Part shown: positions 19,978 to 32,651 of the stretch, piece after piece
Layout of the letters: each line of letters begins with the position of its first letter
How positions within the stretch are numbered: position 1 is the first letter of the stretch
Source: Ignavibacteriales bacterium
Lineage (GTDB): Bacteria; Bacteroidota; Ignavibacteria; UBA10030; SZUA-254
NCBI GenBank assembly: GCA_016218025.1
Contig: JACRFD010000070.1
Span: forward strand, 2,745-66,744
Direction: 5' to 3'
Length of the DNA stretch: 64,000 nucleotides
Position numbers and translations under genes: made by a program
Notes under the pieces: generated by a model
Database searches by the model: none
Seen by the model: only the letters and a program-made list of their open reading frames with translations
Told to the model about the DNA's origin: nothing

Positions 19978-20618
19978 TGTTTACAGGAATAATTGAAGAA
20001 CTTGGAAAAATTAAATCGATTCAGAATAAAGGAGAAGGTCTCATAATTGAAATAGAAGCTTCTAAATCGGTTCCGGAATTAAATGTTAAAGAGAGTGTGG
20101 CAATTAACGGTGTATGTCAGACAGTGGTAAAATTAACCAAGTCATCTTTTTTTGTTGAAGCTGTTGAAGAAACTTTGAAAAAAACAACATTCAATACTCT
20201 TAAATCGGGTGATATTGTGAATTTGGAACTTCCAATGAAACCTACAGGCAGATTAGGAGGACATATTGTTTTAGGGCATGTTGATACAGTCTGCGATATT
20301 GTAAAAATAGAAAATAAAGCAAACAGCATTCTCTATACAATTAAAATAAAATCTGAAGATATAAAATTTGTGGTAACTGTAGGTTCTATTGCTATAGATG
20401 GAATCTCACTAACATTAGCTTCTGTTAAAGATAATTTAATTACCGTATCTATTATTCCGCATACTCAAAAAAATACAATTGTAAAATATTATAAGGTGGG
20501 AACAAAAGTAAACATTGAATATGATATAATCGGTAAGTATGTGGATAAAATTCTGAAGTCTTCAGGTGCCGGTTACAATCAATTAACAACTGAAATATTA
20601 TCTCAAAATGGATTTTAA
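19977..20618 (+). CDS. ribE: Riboflavin synthase alpha chain
   Basis: 'MFTGIIEELGKI', a duplicated lumazine-binding repeat and 'GDIVNLE'. The start shares 1 nt with the ribD stop. Confidence 0.9.
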   Translation: MFTGIIEELGKIKSIQNKGEGLIIEIEASKSVPELNVKESVAINGVCQTVVKLTKSSFFVEAVEETLKKTTFNTLKSGDIVNLELPMKPTGRLGGHIVLGHVDTVCDIVKIENKANSILYTIKIKSEDIKFVVTVGSIAIDGISLTLASVKDNLITVSIIPHTQKNTIVKYYKVGTKVNIEYDIIGKYVDKILKSSGAGYNQLTTEILSQNGF

Positions 20619-20621
20619 AGA

Positions 20622-21383
20622 ATGGCACGGAAGATATTTTACAAAATCTTAAATGATAATAATAACCAGATTACCAATAAGGAATGGGATGATGTTTTAA
20701 AACTCCAACATTGGTATAATTCTGAATTCATCTGGACTGCAGGGAAATTAGGTTTTAGAATGTATGCAGTTTTTCCGAATTTAGACTATAATGTTTCGGA
20801 TGTAGATGAATTGCACAAAATAATTCATGAGAGAAAAAGAACTTTAAAGAGTGCCGGATTAACTGAAAATGAATCTATTCAAAAACTTGAAGAAGAAGGT
20901 CTTGTAATAGCACAAAAGGGTGGCTACGTTGATAATTGTCTTGCAAGCGGATTCACCAGAGTTGCGGGGAATGAATTCAACGCCTACTTAGTCTGTGATT
21001 TTTTATTAAAATGTTCATTGTTGCTTCAACAATCATCAATAATTGTGAACGATGAAGGTATTTTTATAAAATCTAAAGAAATTATTTTTAATCGGGGTAA
21101 TGTTATTTTTAAAGTGAAAGAAAAAGAGATGTTGGATCGATATCACCAAATGATCATTAATCGACACATCTTCTCGGTAGTTGATCCTGCAAAGTATAAT
21201 AATTTCCCTGAATTTAAAAACAATGTTTATGGATTTGATAAACTGGACAAAGAGGAGAGAGGCTCAGTTTTGACTGATTGGAATTGGCTGGGGTTCTCTG
21301 ATAATTTTGACCTTTATGGAGATGATGTGAGAGGATATGATCTAAACAAGAAAATCAAAGGATTTTTCGTCGAAATCGTATAA
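20622..21383 (+). CDS. Hypothetical protein with no family recognised, last gene of the dxs-rib gene string
   Basis: 253-aa ORF that starts 4 nt after the ribE stop. I recognise no motifs. Confidence 0.55.
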   Translation: MARKIFYKILNDNNNQITNKEWDDVLKLQHWYNSEFIWTAGKLGFRMYAVFPNLDYNVSDVDELHKIIHERKRTLKSAGLTENESIQKLEEEGLVIAQKGGYVDNCLASGFTRVAGNEFNAYLVCDFLLKCSLLLQQSSIIVNDEGIFIKSKEIIFNRGNVIFKVKEKEMLDRYHQMIINRHIFSVVDPAKYNNFPEFKNNVYGFDKLDKEERGSVLTDWNWLGFSDNFDLYGDDVRGYDLNKKIKGFFVEIV

Positions 21384-21456
21384 ATAATTCTTGAAATTCT
21401 CTAATTAAATCGTTATCTTATAAAGCCTCAAAATATTTAATAAATCAAGGAATTTT

Positions 21457-21801
21457 ATGTTTGGATTATTAGTAATAATTGAAATTATTGTTAGCGTCTT
21501 ATTAATGATTACAGTTTTAATGCAATCAAGTAAAGGCGGAGGGTTAGCAGGTTCTTTCGGTGGAGCATCTATGGGGACCGTTTTTGGCGTCCGCAGAACT
21601 GCCGATTTTTTAAGTCGGGCAACCTCTATTCTTGCAACAGTATTTATACTTCTAAGTTTGATTACAAATATCTTTTTCTTACCCGGAAAACAGACTACTT
21701 CCGAAAGTGTAATTCAACGCGGCGGCACACCCACTGCTGTTCCAAGGGCTTTACCTCCAAGCTCTCAACAAGCTCCATCAAAGGGCCAAGAATCTAAATA
21801 A
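21457..21801 (+). CDS. secG: Preprotein translocase subunit SecG
   Basis: Two TM segments and 'LMQSSKGGGLAGSFGG', typical of SecG. Confidence 0.85.
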   Translation: MFGLLVIIEIIVSVLLMITVLMQSSKGGGLAGSFGGASMGTVFGVRRTADFLSRATSILATVFILLSLITNIFFLPGKQTTSESVIQRGGTPTAVPRALPPSSQQAPSKGQESK

Positions 21802-21823
21802 TTAATTTTGTCTATACCGATGC

Positions 21824-21896
<73 letters not shown>

Positions 21897-21970
21897 CAGA
21901 AATTTATTTACATTTCAAATATCTCAATTGATTTTTATAAATCATATTTATAATTTGATCTGCCTTTCTC

Positions 21971-22729
21971 TTGATAAAGTCGATACAATATCATAAAACA
22001 CAATCTCGCGTTGCACTTATTACTGGTGGAGCGAAAAACCTGGGAAAAGAAATCGCTCTGTCTTTAGCAAATGAAAATTTCAACTTGGTCATTAATTATA
22101 ACAAATCTCAAAAAGATGCGATCTCTTTAGTTAAGGCATTGAGAGAAAAAGGAAAAGATGCTATTGCAATAAAAGCCGACATCACGAAGAGAATAGAGGT
22201 AATTAATCTTATCAAAAGATCATATAAAGAGATGGGACGAATAGATCTCTTGGTTAATAATGCGGCTGTTTTTAGAATGAATAATATTCTTGATACGACG
22301 GAGAAACATTGGGACGAGACCATTAATACCAATTTAAAAGGCGCATTTCTTTGTTCTCAGGCAGTTGCACCTATTATGCTTAAACAAAATAGTGGAATGA
22401 TTATTAACATATCATCAGTTGCTGGCATTATTGGATGGAAAAATTATCTCCCATATAGTATTTCTAAAGCTGCGATAATCATGCTGACTCGTGTATTAGC
22501 CAAATCGTTGGCACCGCATATTTTGGTAAATGCAATAGCACCTGGATATATAGAAATTCCTAAAAAGATGATTAGCAATCGAAATAAAATGCCAATAAAA
22601 AAAATATTGTTAAACAAATATGGTAATTCTAAAGATATTACTGATGCTGTTCTTTATCTGGTAACAAAAGGAGATTATATTACAGGTCAAATTTTGACTA
22701 TAGATGGCGGCAGATCGATATTCAGCTAA
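21971..22729 (+). CDS. SDR family oxidoreductase
   Basis: 'ALITGGAKNLGKEI' (TGxxxxxG), 'NNAA' and the catalytic 'YSISKAA'. TTG start. Confidence 0.8.
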   Translation: MIKSIQYHKTQSRVALITGGAKNLGKEIALSLANENFNLVINYNKSQKDAISLVKALREKGKDAIAIKADITKRIEVINLIKRSYKEMGRIDLLVNNAAVFRMNNILDTTEKHWDETINTNLKGAFLCSQAVAPIMLKQNSGMIINISSVAGIIGWKNYLPYSISKAAIIMLTRVLAKSLAPHILVNAIAPGYIEIPKKMISNRNKMPIKKILLNKYGNSKDITDAVLYLVTKGDYITGQILTIDGGRSIFS

Positions 22730-22769
22730 CAATTTGATTTCATTAAACTCTTGTTGTATATTTATAACA

Positions 22770-23121
22770 GGGGATGATATGGTTTCGACGGGGATGAGAA
22801 TGGTCAGAATGGCATCTCGTGCTGTCCGAGTTGCACGTTAATAAAGCGGAAAACAATAAGTGCAGACAATAACTACGCACTGGCTGCTTAATTAAAGCAA
22901 CCCATCCATTATAATCATGCTCAACGGATTATAACTGGGTGTCGATTAAGTTGAGATAGTTTGATGATTTTCTCAGGTTCATTAAATGAAAATATACTGA
23001 GATAGCTTGTAACAACTGTGTTTGCTCCGGGAATTGCAGGTGAAATCTTTTGAGCAGACTATTGATGTAAATGTTCTGGTGGTTTTCTCTTCGGACCGGG
23101 GTTCGATTCCCCGCATCTCCA
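22770..23121 (+). ncRNA. ssrA: tmRNA (SsrA)
   Basis: 5' GGGGATGA...GGTTTCGACGGGG pairs with 3' ...GGTTCGATTCCCCGCATCTCCA (tRNA-Ala-like acceptor and T arm). The internal tag ORF GCAGACAATAACTACGCACTGGCTGCTTAA (22862-22891) encodes ADNNYALAA*. Confidence 0.9.
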
Positions 23122-23123
23122 CA

Positions 23124-23150
23124 AATACCGTCGATTGACGGTATTTTTTT
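23124..23150 (+). terminator. Rho-independent terminator after ssrA
   Basis: 9-bp stem AATACCGTC / GACGGTATT with loop GATT, followed by a T-run. Confidence 0.75.
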
Positions 23151-23176
23151 GTCTCATTTTAACTGATGTGATATAT

Positions 23177-24001
23177 ATGTCCACTACAATTCAATTCACG
23201 AAAATGACCGGCGCGGGGAATGATTTTATCCTTATCGATAATTATAATGCAATTTACACTCATGATTGGCAAATTATTGCTCCTATTTTATGCGATAGAA
23301 GATATGGCGTTGGTGCAGATGGTTTATTGATTATCGAGAAAAGTATAGTTGCGGATTTTAAAATGAATTATTTTAATTCAGACGGAAGTTATGGAGGAAT
23401 GTGCGGTAATGGCGGCAGATGTGTTGCTTTATTTGAAACTGAGAGGATGAATAAGTCCGAAATTAAATTTGAGGCTTTAAATCATATATATACTGCAAGT
23501 TTATATTCTAACAGTATAAAACTCCAGATGGCTAATCCTCATTCTATCATCTTAAACCAGAAGATAATTGGTTTAAAAGAGTTTGATATTTTGTATCATT
23601 CAATAAACACAGGATCACCACATCTTGTTATTTTTAATAAAGATTTTCCTGTTATGAATGTTGAATTAATCTCTTTAGGTAAGGAATTAAGGCATTATCA
23701 TAGATTTAAACCATCCGGGACAAATGTAAATTTTGTTACTATCAACAATGATCGTAGTATTTTTATCCGTACATACGAGAGAGGCGTTGAAGCAGAAACA
23801 TTTGCATGTGGAACCGGTTCGATTGCAGCAGCAATTATTTATTCTATTCTTTATTCAGCCAAACCACCAATCAATGTTTATACAAAAAATCAGGAAATCT
23901 TAACGGTTGATTTTGATAGGGATGGAGAAGATTTACGAAATGTATCTTTGACTGGACCTGCAAAAGAAGTCTTTAAAGGAGAATTTATACTAACGATATA
24001 A
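23177..24001 (+). CDS. dapF: Diaminopimelate epimerase
   Basis: 'FTKMTGAGNDFILID', 'FNSDGSYGGMCGNGGRC' and 'ACGTGSIAAA' (the two catalytic Cys). I chose the ATG at 23177 because the track start at 23135 would run through the ssrA terminator. Confidence 0.9.
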   Translation: MSTTIQFTKMTGAGNDFILIDNYNAIYTHDWQIIAPILCDRRYGVGADGLLIIEKSIVADFKMNYFNSDGSYGGMCGNGGRCVALFETERMNKSEIKFEALNHIYTASLYSNSIKLQMANPHSIILNQKIIGLKEFDILYHSINTGSPHLVIFNKDFPVMNVELISLGKELRHYHRFKPSGTNVNFVTINNDRSIFIRTYERGVEAETFACGTGSIAAAIIYSILYSAKPPINVYTKNQEILTVDFDRDGEDLRNVSLTGPAKEVFKGEFILTI

Positions 24002-24045
24002 CACGGATAATATATCTTATGTAAAGTATAATATGTTATTCTTGT

Positions 24046-26274
24046 TCAGAACAATTGATTTATTCTATTGTTATAACTCGAATGTATCTCCTCCACTTTC
24101 AAATTTATTTTATCATTCACACGATATTTACTGGAATTATTTATAATACCTATTTTGTGAATATCAATATCGTATCTTTCAGTTATACTTTTAATTGCAG
24201 TAAAATTAGATGGATTACAACTAATTACAACCATCGATTGAGATTCCCCGAATAGATAACGACTTAAATTCGATTTAGCAGAGATATTTAGTTCAACACC
24301 TAAATTCTTTGCTGTCAATTCTGGATTGCCTATTAAAGACTCAGCAACAGAGATTGCAATACCACCTTCGCTAACATCATGAGCTGAGCATAATAGTTTA
24401 TGCTCATTTAAATCTAATATCAATTGATGTAACCTTTTTCCTGTTTCTAAATCAAGATCCGGAGCATCACCTTCAACCAAATTATAATGCACTTTTAAAA
24501 ATTCAGATCCACCAATTTCTTCTTTGTTATTGCCAAGCAAGAGTATGAGATCTCCTGTGTTCTTAAATTCATGGGTGATAATATTTTGGATATCTGAAAG
24601 CTCACCGATCATTCCAATCACAGGTGTGGGATAAATCGGGCCATCCGGACTCTCATTATAAAAGCTGACATTTCCTCCTGTAACAGGTGTATTAAAAAAT
24701 CTACAAGCATCACCCATTCCTCTAATTGATTCTTTAAATTGCCAATAAATTTCAGGCTTATAAGGATTACCAAAATTTAAACAATTTGTTATTGCCAATG
24801 GTAATGCTCCAACACAGACAATATTTCTTGCACACTCAGCTACTGCAATTTGAGTTCCCCGGTATGGATTGAGATATACATATCGAGAATTGCAGTCAGT
24901 TTTCATGGCAAGAGCTTTTTTTGATCCCTTGATTCTTACTACAGCTGCATCACCTGCCTGTGAAATTGTGTTTGTTCTAACCATACTATCATATTGTCTA
25001 TATGCCCATTGCTTTGAACATATATTTAAAGAAGTTATAAGTTTTTTAAAAACATCTTCATAATCATCAGGTTCCTGAAGAGTAGAGAAATCAAAAGAGT
25101 GTTTCTGTTTAAGATATGAGGGCTCGATTGAATCGCGAAAATAAACTGGCGCACCCCCTCCCAAAACCAAATCTTTGGCTGGAACAACCGCAACATGTTT
25201 GTTTTTATATATAATATCAACATTCCCGTCTTCTGTCACTTTTCCTATTGTTTCACATCTTAATTCCCACTTTTCAAAAATTTCTTTAATCGATTTTTCA
25301 TTTTCGGGCTTAAGGATAACTAACATTCTTTCCTGAGATTCAGATAACATAATCTCATAAGCACTCATTTGACTTTCTCGAACAGGAACGAGATCAAGAT
25401 TAATTTTCATCCCTGTACCAGCACGTGCACTCATTTCAGATGTTGAACAGGTAATGCCAGCAGCACCCATATCTTGTATACCCATTACTAAACCTGCTTT
25501 TATTGCTTCAAGTGTTGCTTCAAGTAACAATTTCTCTGTAAAAGGATCTCCTACTTGAACGGATGGTCTCTTTTTTTCAGATTCTTCTGATATTTCCTCT
25601 GAAGCAAATGTGGCTCCATGAATTCCATCTCTACCGGTGGATGAACCTACTATCAAGACTAAATTCCCGGCACCATGCGCAGATGCTTTGGCTATTAGTG
25701 AATGCTTGACTATTCCTACTGCCATGGCATTTACAATTGGATTTTCGTTGTAACATTTATCAAAATAAATTTCTCCAGCTACAGTCGGCACACCAAAGCT
25801 ATTACCATAATCTCCTATCCCCTTAACAATTCCTCTCATCAAATATTTTGTTCTTGGATGATCAATCTCTCCGAATCTTAATGAATTTAATGCGGCGATT
25901 GGTCGTGCACCCATTGTAAAGATATCTCTCATTATACCCCCAACTCCTGTAGCTGCTCCCTGATATGGTTCAACAGCTGATGGATGATTATGACTCTCGA
26001 TCTTAAAAACAACAGCCAAACCATCTCCAATATCCACAATACCGGCGTTTTCCTCTCCTGCCTGTATAAGCAGTTTACCGCCACTGCGGGGTAGCTTTTT
26101 CAATTCTGCGATAGAGTTTTTATAACTGCAATGTTCGCTCCACATTACGCTATAAATTCCTAATTCTGTATAGGTTGGCTTTCTGCCAAGAATTTCTAAA
26201 ACTCTTTGATATTCTTCTTCCGTTAAACCGTGGGTTAATGCTGAATCCAATGTCACTTCAGGATCGATCATCAA
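24046..26274 (-). CDS. purL: Phosphoribosylformylglycinamidine synthase subunit PurL
   Basis: '[20 protein letters not shown]', '[28 protein letters not shown]', 742 aa. Confidence 0.95.
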   Translation of the reverse strand: MMIDPEVTLDSALTHGLTEEEYQRVLEILGRKPTYTELGIYSVMWSEHCSYKNSIAELKKLPRSGGKLLIQAGEENAGIVDIGDGLAVVFKIESHNHPSAVEPYQGAATGVGGIMRDIFTMGARPIAALNSLRFGEIDHPRTKYLMRGIVKGIGDYGNSFGVPTVAGEIYFDKCYNENPIVNAMAVGIVKHSLIAKASAHGAGNLVLIVGSSTGRDGIHGATFASEEISEESEKKRPSVQVGDPFTEKLLLEATLEAIKAGLVMGIQDMGAAGITCSTSEMSARAGTGMKINLDLVPVRESQMSAYEIMLSESQERMLVILKPENEKSIKEIFEKWELRCETIGKVTEDGNVDIIYKNKHVAVVPAKDLVLGGGAPVYFRDSIEPSYLKQKHSFDFSTLQEPDDYEDVFKKLITSLNICSKQWAYRQYDSMVRTNTISQAGDAAVVRIKGSKKALAMKTDCNSRYVYLNPYRGTQIAVAECARNIVCVGALPLAITNCLNFGNPYKPEIYWQFKESIRGMGDACRFFNTPVTGGNVSFYNESPDGPIYPTPVIGMIGELSDIQNIITHEFKNTGDLILLLGNNKEEIGGSEFLKVHYNLVEGDAPDLDLETGKRLHQLILDLNEHKLLCSAHDVSEGGIAISVAESLIGNPELTAKNLGVELNISAKSNLSRYLFGESQSMVVISCNPSNFTAIKSITERYDIDIHKIGIINNSSKYRVNDKINLKVEEIHSSYNNRINQLF

Positions 26275-26285
26275 GTATTTCCTGT

Positions 26286-26795
26286 CTATTGATTAATTTC
26301 AATGATTATCATTTCAGCACCCTTTTCTACCGAGCTATTGTTCTTCACTTTTATTTCTTTTACAATACCGTTAACTTTCGATTTTATTTCGTTCTCCATT
26401 TTCATAGCTTCTAAGATTATCAGTCCTGTTTCAATTTTTACAATCTGATTTTCTTCAACTTCTATTTTTTTCACTAATCCAGGCATTGGAGCTGAAATAA
26501 TAATTTTCTTGTCTGCGGATGCACTGTTTTTTTTCAGACTTTTCAGCAAATTTGTTTTATAGTCCTCGATTTCAACATCCAGTATGAATCTATTAATCCA
26601 AACATTTGCGAAAGAATCATTTGTGAATTTGCAAAAACCATTATGACAAAATGTTTTACCGTTAATTTTGAAGCCACCATACCCATTGTCATCAAACGTA
26701 ATGCTTAATTGTTTTCCGTTAATCAAAATTGTGTTTTGATCAAAATATTCAACAAGGAATTTTTTTCCATTTATACTAACCGTATAATTTTCCAT
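26286..26795 (-). CDS. Biotin carboxyl carrier (biotinyl-domain) protein
   Basis: C-terminal biotinyl domain with '[11 protein letters not shown]'. Directly downstream of accC. Confidence 0.8.
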   Translation of the reverse strand: MENYTVSINGKKFLVEYFDQNTILINGKQLSITFDDNGYGGFKINGKTFCHNGFCKFTNDSFANVWINRFILDVEIEDYKTNLLKSLKKNSASADKKIIISAPMPGLVKKIEVEENQIVKIETGLIILEAMKMENEIKSKVNGIVKEIKVKNNSSVEKGAEMIIIEINQ

Positions 26796-26833
26796 TTTAA
26801 TGTTTATTGTCTAAATATTAATTATTAAATGTC

Positions 26834-28330
<1,497 letters not shown>

Positions 28331-28337
28331 TAATTAT

Positions 28338-30686
28338 TTACTCGATCTCAACAACAGTAACTCCTGTTCCTCCTTCGTTCCATTCGCCTAACCTAAATGA
28401 TTTAATACCACGACGTTTTTTTAAATGCTCGGTTATTTTTTTTCTTAGTGCACCGGTTCCTTTTCCGTGAATTAAATCTATACGATGTAACCCATTAAGC
28501 AATGCAGAATCGATGAATTTATCTACTAAAATTATTGCTTCATCTGCATACATTCCCCGCAGGTCGATTTCACGTTTAACGTCATTTTGAAATGTTTCTG
28601 GTGCATTTGGTAAAACATGTTCAACTTTAGTATTGCCGGCTAGTTCGATTTCTTTCTCATGGATTTTCAATCGCAAATCACCAGCCATAATCATATAATG
28701 ATCATCATCAACTTTTGACATTATTATTCCTATACTTTTACCATTCTTCAATCTAACCTGCTCACCCTGTTTAAAGTTTTGTGCAGGAGCTTCAACAGAT
28801 TCGTTTTTTAGGACACTGATTATATTCTGACGTGCATCTTTAATTTCTTCTTTTGCTTTTCTCACAACATGACGATTGGCAGATGTTTCTTTTATCTCCT
28901 TGACAGAATTTTCAATAAGTTTATTGGCATTTTGAAGTATACTTTTTGCTTCATTGAGTGCATTAGCTTTAATGTGTTTAAGTTCTTTTTCTAAGGAAGT
29001 TATCTTAGTTTGATAATTTAAATTTAGTGTATCAAGCTTAATTTTTTCAGCATTAATATGATTCAGTTTATCCTGCAACTCTCGAGACTGTCGTTCTAAA
29101 TCAAGAATCAAATTTTCCAATTTATTAGCATCACTGCCTTTAATTGATTTTGCTTTTGCAATCAGTTCAAATGAAAAATTCATTCTCTGTGCCATTTCCA
29201 ATGCAAAGCTGCTTCCTGGAACTCCCAAGCGAAATTTATAGGTTGGACTTAATGTAACCTGATCAAATTCCATTGCAGCATTTTGCATACCTTCAGTTTC
29301 AAATGCAAATGCCTTGAGAGCACCGTGATGTGTTGTAACAATATTTACAGATTTATTATCCGTCAGTTGCCCCAATATCGCTGCTGCTATAGATGAACCT
29401 TCTACCGGATCGGTACCAGAGCCAATTTCGTCGACAAGAACAAGACTTTCAGAGTCAGATTCATTTAAAATTTCCCTCAAATTTTTTAAGTGTGAACTAA
29501 AACTACTTAAGTCGTTTTCAATCGATTGTTCATCACCCATATCAGTGAATATTTTCTTAAATATTCGTATTTCACTATCAGGTGAGGCAGGAATATGACA
29601 ACCAGATTGAGCTAAAAGTGAAAGAATTCCCACAGTTTTCATTGCAACGCTTTTACCTCCGGCGTTAGGACCTGTGATTAATATCGTAAAGCAATTTTGA
29701 GGTAACTCGAAATTTAATGGCACAACATCATTTCGTTTGTGTCGGCTTAAAAGTAATGGATGGTATCCATTAATTATACGAAATGCTCCCGTTGAATTAA
29801 TTAATGGCTCTGATCCTATTACAGAAATGGAAAATTTTGCCTTAGCTTGAATAAAATCAATGGTGCCGAGAAGATGCATATTTTCGATTAACTCAGATTT
29901 ACTCTTTCGAACTTGATCGGTCAAATCCCTGAGTATTTTTTCCACCTCTCTTTCTTCTTCAAGAATCAGAGATCTGATTTCATTATTAAGTTCAAGAGTT
30001 TGTGTCGGTTCAATAAAAACAGTTGCACCGCTTGCTGAAGCAGTATGGATAAAACCAGGTACTTTGTTCTTATGTTCAGTTTTGACCGGAATAACCATCC
30101 TACCGTCACGGGTTGTAATAATTTCATCCTGCACCCATTCTGCTTCTGAAACTCTTTTAAGGATCGATTCGAGATTGCTTCTTAGATGAGATTTTTTTTG
30201 AATTATCTGCCTTCTAATGACAGCTAACTCTTTTGTTGCTGAATCTTTTACATTCCCATTTTCATCGATTGCCCGACTTATATTATATTCTAGAATTTTG
30301 TCGACATAAAAAGTCATAATCATCGAGAATATAATAGGATAAGATTGCTTCTTTCGTGAAAAATATTCTTTTAAATTTCTTGACGAAATTAAATTTGAAT
30401 GGATACGATTTAAATCTGATGGGTTTAAAATAAAATTATCAATTGATAATCGATGAAGCGGAAGGCGGGTGTCGTGTATACCATCAAGAGGAAGAGTATC
30501 CTCTAATTCGATAATTTTTTTTATTTCTGAAACTAAAGAAAGAGCTTCCCTTATCTGCGAAAGATCAGAAAGCGGACGAAGTGTTTGAAGCTGTTCCCTC
30601 CCTAATTCCGAAATTGCATATTTCTGGATTTGAGCTATGATTTTTTCAAATTCAAGCTTAGAAAATGAATTTAAGAATTCTTGCAT
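28338..30686 (-). CDS. mutS2: Endonuclease MutS2
   Basis: Walker A 'ITGPNAGGKSV', 'LVLVDEIGSGTDP' and a C-terminal Smr domain 'IDLRGMYADEA...LIHGKGTGALRK'. Confidence 0.9.
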   Translation of the reverse strand: MQEFLNSFSKLEFEKIIAQIQKYAISELGREQLQTLRPLSDLSQIREALSLVSEIKKIIELEDTLPLDGIHDTRLPLHRLSIDNFILNPSDLNRIHSNLISSRNLKEYFSRKKQSYPIIFSMIMTFYVDKILEYNISRAIDENGNVKDSATKELAVIRRQIIQKKSHLRSNLESILKRVSEAEWVQDEIITTRDGRMVIPVKTEHKNKVPGFIHTASASGATVFIEPTQTLELNNEIRSLILEEEREVEKILRDLTDQVRKSKSELIENMHLLGTIDFIQAKAKFSISVIGSEPLINSTGAFRIINGYHPLLLSRHKRNDVVPLNFELPQNCFTILITGPNAGGKSVAMKTVGILSLLAQSGCHIPASPDSEIRIFKKIFTDMGDEQSIENDLSSFSSHLKNLREILNESDSESLVLVDEIGSGTDPVEGSSIAAAILGQLTDNKSVNIVTTHHGALKAFAFETEGMQNAAMEFDQVTLSPTYKFRLGVPGSSFALEMAQRMNFSFELIAKAKSIKGSDANKLENLILDLERQSRELQDKLNHINAEKIKLDTLNLNYQTKITSLEKELKHIKANALNEAKSILQNANKLIENSVKEIKETSANRHVVRKAKEEIKDARQNIISVLKNESVEAPAQNFKQGEQVRLKNGKSIGIIMSKVDDDHYMIMAGDLRLKIHEKEIELAGNTKVEHVLPNAPETFQNDVKREIDLRGMYADEAIILVDKFIDSALLNGLHRIDLIHGKGTGALRKKITEHLKKRRGIKSFRLGEWNEGGTGVTVVEIE

Positions 30687-30692
30687 CTTATT

Positions 30693-31226
30693 TTAATATG
30701 CTTTTTTAACAGATTCTATTTTGCCTTTAACTTCATCAAAAAATCTTTTCGAATCAGGCATCCAACGTGTTGTGGCATCGAAAATTGTTGGAGCCAGAGG
30801 GTAGACATCTTCGTAAAATAGTGATTCGTTTTTTGTTTCTGCTTCAGGAATCTGAAAAAAATCGAGCATAACCAATACTAAGCTCACTGCAAGCAATCCC
30901 TGAGCGCCGCCAAGTATACCACCTGCAACCCGTGACCAGAGATGTATTGTTTCGCGGCTGCTTTTCCCAAACCATCTGTAAGAAAGATTTGCAATGAGGA
31001 GAATCCCTGCAAAAATAATGAAGAAGGCAAAAATTAATGCACCTTCCAAAGAAATACCTAATGATTCCACAAAGATATCACCAAGCGGAGTCATAAATTT
31101 TGTTGCTGCTACCAATCCTCCAATGAAACCAATTATTCCATATAGCTTTTTAAAAAAACCATCTCTAACGCCAAGAGCTATAAAAAATAATATGCCTATT
31201 AAAATCAAAATGTCTGTTGTGTTCAT
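30693..31226 (-). CDS. cvpA: CvpA family membrane protein
   Basis: Four TM segments and the CvpA-like N-terminus 'DILILIGILFFIALGVRDGFFKKL'. Confidence 0.7.
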   Translation of the reverse strand: MNTTDILILIGILFFIALGVRDGFFKKLYGIIGFIGGLVAATKFMTPLGDIFVESLGISLEGALIFAFFIIFAGILLIANLSYRWFGKSSRETIHLWSRVAGGILGGAQGLLAVSLVLVMLDFFQIPEAETKNESLFYEDVYPLAPTIFDATTRWMPDSKRFFDEVKGKIESVKKAY

Positions 31227-31228
31227 TT

Positions 31229-31681
31229 TTATGCACCTAAATTATTCTTAACAAGTTCTTGTATAAGCTTTCCGTCAGCCCTGCCTTTAAATTCTTTAAC
31301 AATTATTGGCATCACCTTGCCAAAATCTTTTTGAGATGAAGCATTTAATTCCTTGATTGTCTTCTGAATGAAAACAGTTATCTCATCACTGCTTACTTGT
31401 TTTGGTAGATATTCTTGAATTATCGCAAGCTCATGCTCCTCTTGCTCCGCAAGGTCAATGCGATTATTTTGCCGGTAAATCTCGATCGCTTCCTTTCTTT
31501 TCTTCGAGGCAGCGATTAGAACCACTAATTCATCCTCCGGTTTCATACCACCAGTAGGACGTTTCTCAACTTCTTTTTCTAGTAACCCTGCCCTTATTGT
31601 ACGTAATGTTTCTAATCTGAGTTTTTGAGCAGATTTCATCGAAGTTTTTATGTCTTCTAAAATCTTTTCTTGTAATGTCAT
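31229..31681 (-). CDS. GatB/YqeY domain protein
   Basis: 'LQEKILEDIKTSMKSAQKLRLETLRTIRA' and 'IIQEYLPKQ' are typical of YqeY. Confidence 0.8.
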   Translation of the reverse strand: MTLQEKILEDIKTSMKSAQKLRLETLRTIRAGLLEKEVEKRPTGGMKPEDELVVLIAASKKRKEAIEIYRQNNRIDLAEQEEHELAIIQEYLPKQVSSDEITVFIQKTIKELNASSQKDFGKVMPIIVKEFKGRADGKLIQELVKNNLGA

Positions 31682-32003
31682 AATGTAATTCCTTTATGCA
31701 GGTAAAATATATCATTTTGAGATATTAGAGTCAATAATTATTTGATTAAACAAAATGATTTTTAGAAATACATGAAATATTCAAAAATATAAGAGTCACT
31801 TAGAATTTGTGCTGTTATCCGAATTGTTTACTTATCTGTAAAGAAATCTACAGAATGAGTATAATAATCTGTTTAAAGATGTATATTGACTATTCTTTAA
31901 GCAATTAATAAACGACCACGCATCATATTTGCACCCTTTTTTCTGTGTGAGCATCAAATTTGGTAAGTTAAATAAAATTATCTGTAATAAATCTGGAGTT
32001 GTA

Positions 32004-32420
32004 ATGTCCGAAAATTTAAACAAAGTCACTTTTTTGGAAAAAGTTTTTAATTATGAAAAAAGCAAAGATTGGAAATTCGCCGGCGAGTTGCCAACTGTAA
32101 TAGATTTTTGGGCGCCATGGTGCGGACCATGCCGTATAGTTGGACCCGTGCTGGATGAGCTTTCAAATGAATATAAAGGAAAAGTTAATTTTTATAAGGT
32201 TAACACTGAAGAAGAACAAGAACTTGCATCGGTTTTTGGAATCCAAAGTATACCAAGTTTATTGTTTGTTCCCAAAGATCGTCAACCGATGATGGCAGTC
32301 GGCGCACTTCCGAAAGATACACTCAAAGGAATTATTGACAAAGAGCTGCTCTCTCTCCCGGTTGCTGAAGAACATGAACATCACCACCATCATGAGCATG
32401 GCGATCAATGCCAACACTAA
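32004..32420 (+). CDS. Thioredoxin with a His-rich C-terminal tail
   Basis: 'FWAPWCGPCR' active site. I prefer the ATG at 32004 (GGAG 8 nt upstream) over the track start at 31929. The tail reads 'EEHEHHHHHEHGDQCQH'. Confidence 0.85.
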   Translation: MSENLNKVTFLEKVFNYEKSKDWKFAGELPTVIDFWAPWCGPCRIVGPVLDELSNEYKGKVNFYKVNTEEEQELASVFGIQSIPSLLFVPKDRQPMMAVGALPKDTLKGIIDKELLSLPVAEEHEHHHHHEHGDQCQH

Positions 32421-32650
32421 TGAATTGTCCGCAAATATTTGATAAGCTAAGAAATAGCTTTGTTAAGCATGTTTGGGTAAGAAGAATGCTGTTTGGAATT
32501 ATAGGAGCAGTATTAGGTTTCAGTTATTATTTTTTCATCGGTTGTTATAACGGAACCTGTATGATATCTAGCAATCCTTATATCAGCACACTTTATGGTG
32601 CCGGCATCGGTTTAATTATCACTCCTTCAAAAAAGAAAACCGGAGAATAA
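32408..32650 (+). CDS. Small two-TM membrane protein with a GC-x4-TC motif (DUF6132-like by recollection)
   Basis: 'FFIGCYNGTCMISSNP' lies between two hydrophobic helices. The start is either ATG 32408 or the TAATG-overlapping ATG at 32420. Confidence 0.5.
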   Translation: MPTLMNCPQIFDKLRNSFVKHVWVRRMLFGIIGAVLGFSYYFFIGCYNGTCMISSNPYISTLYGAGIGLIITPSKKKTGE

Positions 32651-32651
32651 T

